Shown: piece by piece, positions 10,603-21,813 of the stretch
Numbering within the stretch: the stretch's first letter is position 1
How the letters are laid out: the number at the start of each line of letters is the position of its first letter
DNA from: the human T2T-CHM13v2.0 reference genome, Homo sapiens
Strand: one strand, 5' to 3'
DNA length: 64,000 bases
NCBI RefSeq assembly: GCF_009914755.1
Contig: NC_060929.1
Notes under the pieces: generated by a model
What the model saw: only the letters and a program-made list of their open reading frames with translations
What the model was told of the DNA's origin: nothing
Databases searched by the model: none
Made by a program: the position numbers and the translations under genes

Positions 10603-13600
10603 GAATTCCCAGTAACTTCCTTGTGTTGTGTACATTCAACTCACAGAGTTGAACGTTCCCTTAGACAGAGCAGATTTGAAACACTCTTTTTGTGCAATTG
10701 GCAAGTGGAGATTTCAAGCGCTTTAAGGTCAATGGCAGAAAAGGAAATATCTTCGTTTCAAAACTAGACAGAATCATTCCCACAAACTGCGTTGTGATGT
10801 GTTCGTTCATCTCACAGAGTTTAACCTTTCTTTTCATAGAGCAGTTAGGAAACACTCTGTTTGTAAACTCTGCAAGTGGATATTCAGACCTCTTTGAGGC
10901 CTTCGTTGGAAACGGGATTTCTTCATACTGTGCTAGACAGAAGAATTCTCAGTAACTTCCTTGTGTTGTGTGTATTCAACTCACAGAGTTGAACGATCCT
11001 TTACACAGAGCAGACTTGAAACACTCTTTTTGTGGAATTTGCAAGTGGAGATTTCAGCCGCGTTGAGGTCAATGGTAGAAAAGGAAATAACTTCGTATAA
11101 AAACTAGACAGAATGATTCTCAGAAACTCCTTTGAGATGTGTGTGTTCAACTCACAGAGTTTAACCTTTCTTTTCATAGAGCAGTTAGGAATCACTCTGT
11201 TTGTAAAGTCTGCAAGTGGATATTCAGACCTCTTTGAGGCCTTCGTTGGAAACGGGTTTTTTTCATATAAGGCTAGACAGAAGAATTCCCAGTAACTTCC
11301 TTGTGTTGTGTGTGTTCAACTCACAGAGTTGAACTTTCATTTACACAGAGCAGATTTGAAACACTCTTTTTGTGGAATTTGCAAATGGAGATTTCAAGCG
11401 CTTTGAGGCCAAAGGCAGAAAAGGAAATATCTTCGTATAAAAACTAGACAGAATCATTCTCAGAAACTGCTCTGCGATGTGTGCGTTCAACTCTCAGAGT
11501 TTAACTTTGCTTTTCATTCAGCAGTTTGGAAACACTCTGTTTGTAAAGTCTGCACGTGGATAATTTGACCACTTAGAGGCCTTCGTTGGAAACGGGTTTT
11601 TTTCATGTAAGGCTAGACAGAAGAATTCTCAGTAACTTCCTTGTGTTGTGTGTATTCAACTCACAGAGTTGAACGATCCTTTACACAGAGCAGACTTGTA
11701 ACACTCTTTTTGTGGAATTTGCAAGTGGAGATTTCAGCCGCTTTGAAGTCAAAGGTAGAAAAGGAAATATCTTCCTATAAAAACTACACAGAATGATTCT
11801 CAGAAACTCCTTTGTGATGTGTGCGTTCAACTCACAGAGTTTAACCTTTCTTTTCATAGAGGAGTTAGGAAACACTCTGTTTGTAAAGTCTGCAAGTGGA
11901 TATTCAGACCTCTTTGAGGCCTTCGTTGGAAACGGGTTTTTTTCATATAAGGCTAGACAGAAGAATTCCCAGTAACTTCCTTGTGTTGTGTGTGTTCAAC
12001 TCACAGAGTTGAACTTTCATTTACACAGAGCAGATTTGAAACACTCTTTTTGTGGAATTTGCAAGTGGAGATTTCAAGCGCTTTGAGGCCAAAGGCAGAA
12101 AAGGAAATATCTTCGTATAAAAACTAGACAGAATCATTCTCAGAAACTGCTCTGTGATGTGTGCGTTCAACTCTCAGAGTTTAACTTTTCTTTTCATTCA
12201 GCAGTTTGGAAACACTCTGTTTGTAAAGTCTGCACGTGGATAATTTGACCACTTAGAGGCCTTCGTTGGAAACGGGTTTTTTTCATGTAAGGCTAGACAG
12301 AAGAGTTCTCAGTAACTTCCTTGTGTTGTGTGTATTCAACTCACACAGTTGAACGATCCTTTACACAGAGCAGACTTGTAACTCTCTTTTTGTGGAATTT
12401 GCAAGTGGAGATTTCAGCCGCTTTGAAGTCAAAGTAGAAAAGGAAATATCTTCCTATAAAAACTAGACAGAATGATTCTCAGAAACTCCTTTGTGATGTG
12501 TGCGTTCAACTCACAGAGTTTAACCTTTCTTTTCATAGAGCAGTTAGGAAACACTCTGTTTGTAAAGTCTGCAAGTGGATATTCAGACCTCTTTGAGGCC
12601 TTCGTTGGAAACGGGTTTTTTTCATATAAGGCTAGACAGAAGAATTCCCAGTAACTTCCTTGTGTTGTGTGTGTTCAACTCACAGAGTTGAACTTTCATT
12701 TACACAGAGCAGATTTGAAACACTCTTTTTGTGGAATTTGCAGGTGGAGATTTCAAGCGCTTTGAGGCCAAAGGCAGAAAAGGAAATATCTTCGTATAAA
12801 AACTAGACAGAATCATTCTCAGAAACTGCTCTGCGATGTGTGCGTTCAACTCTCAGAGTTTAACTTTTCTTTTCATTCAGCAGTTTGGAAACACTCTGTT
12901 TGTAAAGTCTGCACGTGGATAATTTGACCACTTAGAGGCCTTCGTTGGAAACGGGTTTTTTTCCTGTAAGGCTAGACAGAAGAATTCTCAGTAACTTCCT
13001 TGTGTTGTGTGTATTCAACTCACAGAGTTGAACGATCCTTTACACAGAGCAGACTTGTAACACTCTTTTTGTGGAATTTGCAAGTGGAGATTTCAGCCGC
13101 TTTGAAGTCAAAGGTAGAAAAGGAAATATCTTCCTATAAAAACTAGACAGAATGATTCTCAGAAACTCCTTTGTGATGTGTGCGTTCAACTCACAGAGTT
13201 TAACCTTTCTTTTCATAGAGCAGTTAGGAAACACTCTGCTTGTAAAGTCTGCAAGTGGATATTCAGCCCTCTTTGAGGCCTTCGTTGGAAACGGGTTTTT
13301 TTCATATAAGGCTAGACAGAAGAATTCCCAGTAACTTCCTTGTGTTGTGTGTGTTCAACTCACAGAGTTGAACTTTGATTTACACAGAGCAGATTTGAAA
13401 CACTCTTTTTGTGGAATTTGCAAGTGGAGATTTCAAGCGCTTTGAGGCCAAAGGCAGAAAAGGAAATATCTTCGTATAAAAACTAGACAGAATCATTCTC
13501 AGAAACTGCTCTGCGATGTGTGCGTTCAACTCTCAGAGTTTAACTTTTCTTTTCATTCAGCAGTTTGGAAACACTCTGTTTGTAAAGTCTGCACGTGGAT

Positions 13601-13661
13601 ATTTTGACCACTTAGAGGCCTTCGTTGGAAACGGGTTTTTTTCCTGTAAGGCTAGACAGAA
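10603..13661 (+). repeat. HOR variant, 18-mer with chimeric C/D dimer
   Basis: Spacing 3059 bp. A C-type 5' half is joined to a D-type 3' end at ~10810-10867. Confidence 0.9.
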
Positions 13662-16377
13662 GAATTCCCAGTAACTTCCTTGTGTTGTGTACATTCAACT
13701 CACAGAGTTGAACGTTCCCTTAGACAGAGCAGATTTGAAACACTCTTTTTGTGCAATTGGCAAGTGGAGATTTCAAGCGCTTTAAGGTCAATGGCAGAAA
13801 AGGAAATATCTTCGTTTCAAAACTAGACAGAATCATTCCCACAAACTGCGTTGTGATGTGTTCGTTCATCTCACAGAGTTTAACCTTTCTTTTCATAGAG
13901 CAGTTAAGAAACACTCTGTTTGTAAATTCTGTAAGTGGATATTCTGACATCTTGTGGCCTTCGTTGGAAACGGGATTTCTTCATATTCTGCTAGACAGAA
14001 GAATTCTCAGAATCTTCCTTGTGTTGTGTGTATTCAACTCACACAGTTGAACGATGGTTTACACAGAGCAGATTTGAAACACTCTTTTTGTGGAATTTGC
14101 AAGTGGAGATTTCAGCCGCTTTGAGGTCAATGGTAGAAAAGGAAATATCTTCGTATAAAAACTAGACAGAATGATTCTCAGAAACTTCTTTGTGATGTGT
14201 GCGTTCAACTCACAGAGTTTAACCTTTCTTTTCATAGAGCAGTTAGGAAACACTCTGTTTGTAAACTCTGCAAGTGGATATTCAGACCTTTTTGAGGCCT
14301 TCGTTGGAAACGGGATTTCTTCATACTGTGCTAGACAGAAGAATTCTCAGTAACTTCCTTGTGTTGTGTGTATTCAACTCACAGAGTTGAACGATCCTTT
14401 ACACAGAGCAGACTTGAAACACTCTTTTTGTGGAATTTGCAAGTGGAGATTTCAGCCGCGTTGAGGTCAATGGTAGAAAAGGAAATATCTTCGTATAAAA
14501 ACTAGACAGAATGATTCTCAGAAACTCCTTTGAGATGTGTGTGTTCAACTCACAGAGTTTAACCTTTCTTTTCATAGAGCAGTTAGGAATCACTCTGTTT
14601 GTAAAGTCTGCAAGTGGATATTCAGACCTCTTTGAGGCCTTCGTTGGAAACGGGTTTTTTTCATATAAGGCTAGACAGAAGAATTCCCAGTAACTTCCTT
14701 GTGTTGTGTGTGTTCAACTCACAGAGTTGAACTTTCATTTACACAGAGCAGATTTGAAACACTCTTTTTGTGGAATTTGCAAATGGAGATTTCAAGCGCT
14801 TTGAGGCCAAAGGCAGAAAAGGAAATATCTTCGTATAAAAACTAGACAGAATCATTCTCAGAAACTGCTCTGCGATGTGTGCGTTCAACTCTCAGAGTTT
14901 AACTTTTCTTTTCATTCAGCAGTTTGGAAACACTCTGTTTGTAAAGTCTGCACGTGGATAATTTGACCACTTAGAGGTCTTCGTTGGAAACGGGTTTTTT
15001 TCATGTAAGGCTAGACAGAAGAATTCTCAGTAACTTCCTTGTGTTGTGTGTATTCAACTCACAGAGTTGAACGATCCTTTACACAGAGCAGACTTGTAAC
15101 ACTCTTTTTGTGGAATTTGCAAGTGGAGATTTCAGCCGCTTTGAAGTCAAAAGTAGAAAAGGAAATATCTTCCTATAAAAACTAGACAGAATGATTCTCA
15201 GAAACTCCTTTGTGATGTGTGCGTTCAACTCACAGAGTTTAACCTTTCTTTTCATAGAGCAGTTAGGAAACACTCTGTTTGTAAAGTCTGCAAGTGGATA
15301 TTCAGACCTCTTTGAGGCCTTCGTTGGAAACGGGTTTTTTTCATATAAGGCTAGACAGAAGAATTCCCAGTAACTTCCTTGTGTTGTGTGTGTTCAACTC
15401 ACAGAGTTGAACTTTCATTTACACAGAGCAGATTTGAAACACTCTTTTTGTGGAATTTGCAGGTGGAGATTTCAAGCGCTTTGAGGCCAAAGGCAGAAAA
15501 GGAAATATCTTCGTATAAAAACTAGACAGAATCATTCTCAGAAACTGCTCTGCGATGTGTGCGTTCAACTCTCAGAGTTTAACTTTTCTTTTCATTCAGC
15601 AGTTTGGAAACACTCTGTTTGTAAAGTCTGCACGTGGATAATTTGACCACTTAGAAGCCTTCGTTGGAAACGGGTTTTTTTCATGTAAGGCTAGACAGAA
15701 GAATTCTCAGTAACTTCCTTGTGTTGTGTGTATTCAACTCACAGAGTTGAACGATCCTTTACACAGAGCAGACTTGTAACACTCTTTTTGTGGAATTTGC
15801 AAGTGGAGATTTCAGCCGCTTTGAAGTCAAAGGTAGAAAAGGAAATATCTTCCTATAAAAACTAGACAGAATGATTCTCAGAAACTCCTTTGTGATGTGT
15901 GCGTTCAACTCACAGAGTTTAACCTTTCTTTTCATAGAGCAGTTAGGAAACACTCTGCTTGTAAAGTCTGCAAGTGGATATTCAGCCCTCTTTGAGGCCT
16001 TCGTTGGAAACGGGTTTTTTTCATATAAGGCTAGACAGAAGAATTCCCAGTAACTTCCTTGTGTTGTGTGTGTTCAACTCACAGAGTTGAACTTTCATTT
16101 ACACAGAGCAGATTTGAAACACTCTTTTTGTGGAATTTGCAAGTGGAGATTTCAAGCGCTTTGAGGCCAAAGGCAGAAAAGGAAATATCTTCGTATAAAA
16201 ACTAGACAGAATCATTCTCAGAAACTGCTCTGCGATGTGTGCGTTCAACTCTCAGAGTTTAACTTTTCTTTTCATTCAGCAGTTTGGAAACACTCTGTTT
16301 GTAAAGTCTGCACGTGGATATTTTGACCACTTAGAGGCCTTCGTTGGAAACGGGTTTTTTTCCTGTAAGGCTAGACA
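13662..16377 (+). repeat. HOR 16-mer (3-bp deletion at its 3' end)
   Basis: Spacing 2716 bp; reads gacagaattc instead of gacagaagaattc. Confidence 0.9.
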
Positions 16378-19300
16378 GAATTCCCAGTAACTTCCTTGTG
16401 TTGTGTACATTCAACTCACAGAGTTGAACGTTCCCTTAGACAGAGCAGATTTGAAACACTCTTTTTGTGCAATTGGCAAGTGGAGATTTCAAGCGCTTTA
16501 AGGTCAATGGCAGAAAAGGAAATATCTTCGTTTCAAAACTAGACAGAATCATTCCCACAAACTGCGTTGTGATGTGTTCGTTCATCTCACAGAGTTTAAC
16601 CTTTCTTTTCATAGAGCAGTTAGGAAACAGTCTGTTTGTAAATTCTGTAAGTGGATATTCTGACATCTTGTGGCCTTCGTTGGAAACGGGATTTCTTCAT
16701 ATTCTGCTAGACGGAAGAATTCTCAGAATCTTCCTTGTGTTGTGTGTATTCAACTCACACAGTTGAACGATGGTTTACACAGAGCAGATTTGAAACACTC
16801 TTTTTGTGGAATTTGCAAGTGGAGATTTCAGCCGCTTTGAGGTCAATGGTAGAAAAGGAAATATCTTCGTATAAAAACTAGACAGAATGATTCTCAGAAA
16901 CTTCTTTGTGATGTGTGCGTTCAACTCACAGAGTTTAACCTTTCTTTTCATAGAGCAGTTAGGAAACACTCTGTTTGTAAACTCTGCAAGTGGATATTCA
17001 GACCTCTTTGAGGCCTTCGTTGGAAACGGGATTTCTTCATACTGTGCTAGACAGAAGAATTCTCAGTAACTTCCTTGTGTTGTGTGTATTCAACTCACAG
17101 AGTTGAACGATCCTTTACACAGAGCAGACTTGAAACACTCTTTTTGTGGAATTTGCAAGTGGAGATTTCAGCCGCGTTGAGGTCAATGGTAGAAAAGGAA
17201 ATATCTTCGTATAAAAACTAGACAGAATGATTCTCAGAAACTCCTTTGAGATGTGTGTGTTCAACTCACAGAGTTTAACCTTTCTTTTCATAGAGCAGTT
17301 AGGAATCACTCTGTTTGTAAAGTCTGCAAGTGGATATTCAGACGTCTTTGAGGCCTTCGTTGGAAACGGGTTTTTTTCATATAAGGCTAGACAGAAGAAT
17401 TCCCAGTAACTTCCTTGTGTTGTGTGTGTTCAACTCACAGAGTTGAACTTTCATTTACACAGAGCAGATTTGAAACACTCTTTTTGTGGAATTTGCAAAT
17501 GGAGATTTCAAGCGCTTTGAGGCCAAAGGCAGAAAAGGAAATATCTTCGTATAAAAACTAGACAGAATCATTCTCAGAAACTGCTCTGCGATGTGTGCGT
17601 TCAACTCTCAGAGTTTAACTTTGCTTTTCATTCAGCAGTTTGGAAACACTCTGTTTGTAAAGTCTGCACGTGGATAATTTGACCACTTAGAGGCCTTCGT
17701 TGGAAACGGGTTTTTTTCATGTAAGGCTAGACAGAAGAATTCTCAGTAACTTCCTTGTGTTGTGTGTATTCAACTCACAGAGTTGAACGATCCTTTACAC
17801 AGAGCAGACTTGTAACACTCTTTTTGTGGAATTTGCAAGTGGAGATTTCAGCCGCTTTGAAGTCAAATGTAGAAAAGGAAATATCTTCCTATAAAAACTA
17901 GACAGAATGATTCTCAGAAACTCCTTTGTGATGTGTGCGTTCAACTCACAGAGTTTAACCTTTCTTTTCATAGAGCAGTTAGGAAACACTCTGTTTGTAA
18001 AGTCTGCAAGTGGATATTCAGACCTCTTTGAGGCCTTCGTTGGAAACGGGTTTTTTTCATATAAGGCTAGACAGAAGAATTCCCAGTAACTTCCTTGTGT
18101 TGTGTGTGTTCAACTCACAGAGTTGAACTTTCATTTACACAGAGCAGATTTGAAACACTCTTTTTGTGGAATTTGCAAGTGGAGATTTCAAGCGCTTTGA
18201 GGCCAAAGGCAGAAAAGGAAATATCTTCGTATAAAAACTAGACAGAATCATTCTCAGAAACTGCTCTGTGATGTGTGCGTTCAACTCTCAGAGTTTACCT
18301 TTTCTTTTCATTCAGCAGTTTGGAAACACTCTGTTTGTAAAGTCTGCACGTGGATAATTTGACCACTTAGAGGCCTTCGTTGGAAACGGGTTTTTTTCAT
18401 GTAAGGCTAGACAGAAGAGTTCTCAGTAACTTCCTTGTGTTGTGTGTATTCAACTCACACAGTTGAACGATCCTTTACACAGAGCAGACTTGTAACACTC
18501 TTTTTGTGGAATTTGCAAGTGGAGATTTCAGCCGCTTTGAAGTCAAAGTAGAAAAGGAAATATCTTCCTATAAAAACTAGACAGAATGATTCTCAGAAAC
18601 TCCTTTGTGATGTGTGCGTTCAACTCACAGAGTTTAACCTTTCTTTTCATAGAGCAGTTAGGAAACACTCTGTTTGTAAAGTCTGCAAGTGGATATTCAG
18701 ACCTCTTTGAGGCCTTCGTTGGAAACGGGTTTTTTTCATATAAGGCTAGACAGAAGAATTCCCAGTAACTTCCTTGTGTTGTGTGTGTTCAACTCACAGA
18801 GTTGAACTTTCATTTACACAGAGCAGATTTGAAACACTCTTTTTGTGGAATTTGCAGGTGGAGATTTCAAGCGCTTTGGGGCCAAAGGCAGAAAAGGAAA
18901 TATCTTCGTATAAAAACTAGACAGAATCATTCTCAGAAACTGCTCTGCGATGTGTGCGTTCAACTCTCAGAGTTTAACTTTTCTTTTCATTCAGCAGTTT
19001 GGAAACACTCTGTTTGTAAAGTCTGCACGTGGATAATTTGACCACTTAGAGGCCTTCGTTGGAAACGGGTTTTTTTCATGTAAGGCTAGACAGAAGAATT
19101 CTCAGTAACTTCCTTGTGTTGTGTGTATTCAACTCACAGAGTTGAACGATCCTTTACACAGAGCAGACTTGTAACACTCTTTTTGTGGAATTTGCAAGTG
19201 GAGATTTCAGCCGCTTTGAAGTCAAAGGTAGAAAAGGAAATATCTTCCTATAAAAACTAGACAGAATGATTCTCAGAAACTCCTTTGTGATGTGTGCGTT

Positions 19301-19775
19301 CAACTCACAGAGTTTAACCTTTCTTTTCATAGAGCAGTTAGGAAACACTCTGCTTGTAAAGTCTGCAAGTGGATATTCAGCCCTCTTTGAGGCCTTCGTT
19401 GGAAACGGGTTTTTTTCATATAAGGCTAGACAGAAGAATTCCCAGTAACTTCCTTGTGTTGTGTGTGTTCAACTCACAGAGTTGAACTTTGATTTACACA
19501 GAGCAGATTTGAAACACTCTTTTTGTGGAATTTGCAAGTGGAGATTTCAAGCGCTTTGAGGCCAAAGGCAGAAAAGGAAATATCTTCGTATAAAAACTAG
19601 ACAGAATCATTCTCAGAAACTGCTCTGCGATGTGTGCGTTCAACTCTCAGAGTTTAACTTTTCTTTTCATTCAGCAGTTTGGAAACACTCTGTTTGTAAA
19701 GTCTGCACGTGGATATTTTGACCACTTAGAGGCCTTCGTTGGAAACGGGTTTTTTTCCTGTAAGGCTAGACAGAA
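16378..19775 (+). repeat. HOR 20-mer C-D-E-A-(B-A)3
   Basis: Spacing 3398 bp. Confidence 0.9.
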
Positions 19776-21813
19776 GAATTCCCAGTAACTTCCTTGTGTT
19801 GTGTACATTCAACTCACAGAGTTGAACGTTCCCTTAGACAGAGCAGATTTGAAACACTCTTTTTGTGCAATTGGCAAGTGGAGATTTCAAGCGCTTTAAG
19901 GTCAATGGCAGAAAAGGAAATATCTTCGTTTCAAAACTAGACAGAATCATTCCCACAAACTGCGTTGTGATGTGTTCGTTCATCTCACAGAGTTTAACCT
20001 TTCTTTTCATAGAGCAGTTAGGAAACACTCTGTTTGTAAATTCTGTAAGTGGATATTCTGACATCTTGTGGCCTTCGTTGGAAACGGGATTTCTTCATAT
20101 TCTGCTAGACAGAAGAATTCTCAGAATCTTCCTTGTGTTGTGTGTATTCAACTCACACAGTTGAACGATGGTTTACACAGAGCAGATTTGAAACACTCTT
20201 TTTGTGGAATTTGCAAGTGGAGATTTCAGCCGCGTTGAAGTCAAAGTAGAAAAGGAAATATTTTCGTATAAAAACTAGACAGAATGATTCTCAGAAACTT
20301 CTTTGTGATGTGTGCGTTCAACTCACAGAGTTTAACCTTTCTTTTCATAGAGCAGTTAGGAAACACTCTGTTTGTAAACTCTGCAAGTGGATATTCAGAC
20401 CTCTTTGAGGCCTTCGTTGGAAACGGGATTTCTTCATACTGTGCTAGACAGAAGAATTCTCAGTAACTTCCTTGTGTTGTGTGTATTCAACTCACAGAGT
20501 TGAACGATCCTTTACACAGAGCAGACTTGAAACACTCTTTTTGTGGAATTTGCAAGTGGAGATTTCAGCCGCGTTGAGGTCAATGGTAGAAAAGGAAATA
20601 TCTTCGTATAAAAACTAGACAGAATGATTCTCAGAAACTCCTTTGAGATGTGTGTGTTCAACTCACAGAGTTTAACCTTTCTTTTCATAGAGCAGTTAGG
20701 AAACACTCTGTTTGTAAAGTCTGCAGGTGGATATTCAGACCTCTTTGAGGCCTTCGTTGGAAACGGGTTTTTTTCATATAAGGCTAGACAGAAGAATTCC
20801 CAGTAACTTCCTTGTGTTGTGTGTGTTCAACTCACAGAGTTGAACTTTCATTTAGACAGAGCAGATTTGAAACACTCTTTTTGTGGAATTTGCAAATGGA
20901 GATTTCAAGCGCTTTGAGGCCAAAGGCAGAAAAGGAAATATCTTCGTATAAAAACTAGACAGAATCATTCTCAGAAACTGCTCTGCGATGTGTGCGTTCA
21001 ACTCTCAGAGTTTAACTTTGCTTTTCATTCAGCAGTTTGGAAACACTCTGTTTGTAAAGTCTGCACGTGGATAATTTGACCACTTAGAGGCCTTCGTTGG
21101 AAACGGGTTTTTTTCATGTAAGGCTAGACAGAAGAATTCTCAGTAACTTCCTTGTGTTGTGTGTATTCAACTCACAGAGTTGAACGATCCTTTACACAGA
21201 GCAGACTTGTAACACTCTTTTTGTGGAATTTGCAAGTGGAGATTTCAGCCGCTTTGAAGTCAAAGGTAGAAAAGGAAATATCTTCCTATAAAAACTAGAC
21301 AGAATGATTCTCAGAAACTCCTTTGTGATGTGTGCGTTCAACTCACAGAGTTTAACCTTTCTTTTCATAGAGGAGTTAGGAAACACTCTGTTTGTAAAGC
21401 CTGCAACTGGATATTCAGACCTCTTTGAGGCCTTCGTTGGAAACGGGTTTTTTTCATATAAGGCTAGACAGAAGAATTCCCAGTAACTTCCTTGTGTTGT
21501 GTGTGTTCAACTCACAGAGTTGAACTTTCATTTACACAGAGCAGATTTGAAACACTCTTTTTGTGGAATTTGCAGGTGGAGATTTCAAGCGCTTTGAGGC
21601 CAAAGGCAGAAAAGGAAATATCTTCGTATAAAAACTAGACAGAATCATTCTCAGAAACTGCTCTGTGATGTGTGCGTTCAACTCTCAGAGTTTAACTTTT
21701 CTTTTCATTCAGCAGTTTGGAAACACTCTGTTTGTAAAGTCTGCACGTGGATATTTTGACCACTTAGAGGCCTTCGTTGGAAACGGGTTTTTTTCCTGTA
21801 AGGCTAGACAGAA
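19776..21813 (+). repeat. HOR 12-mer C-D-E-A-B-A (divergent copy)
   Basis: Spacing 2038 bp. Confidence 0.9.

Noticed and set aside
18781-19041. Unique 86-aa ORF
   Set aside because: It is created by one SNV (tgag->tggg at ~18879) that removes a stop codon in an ordinary A dimer, and it starts at GTG.
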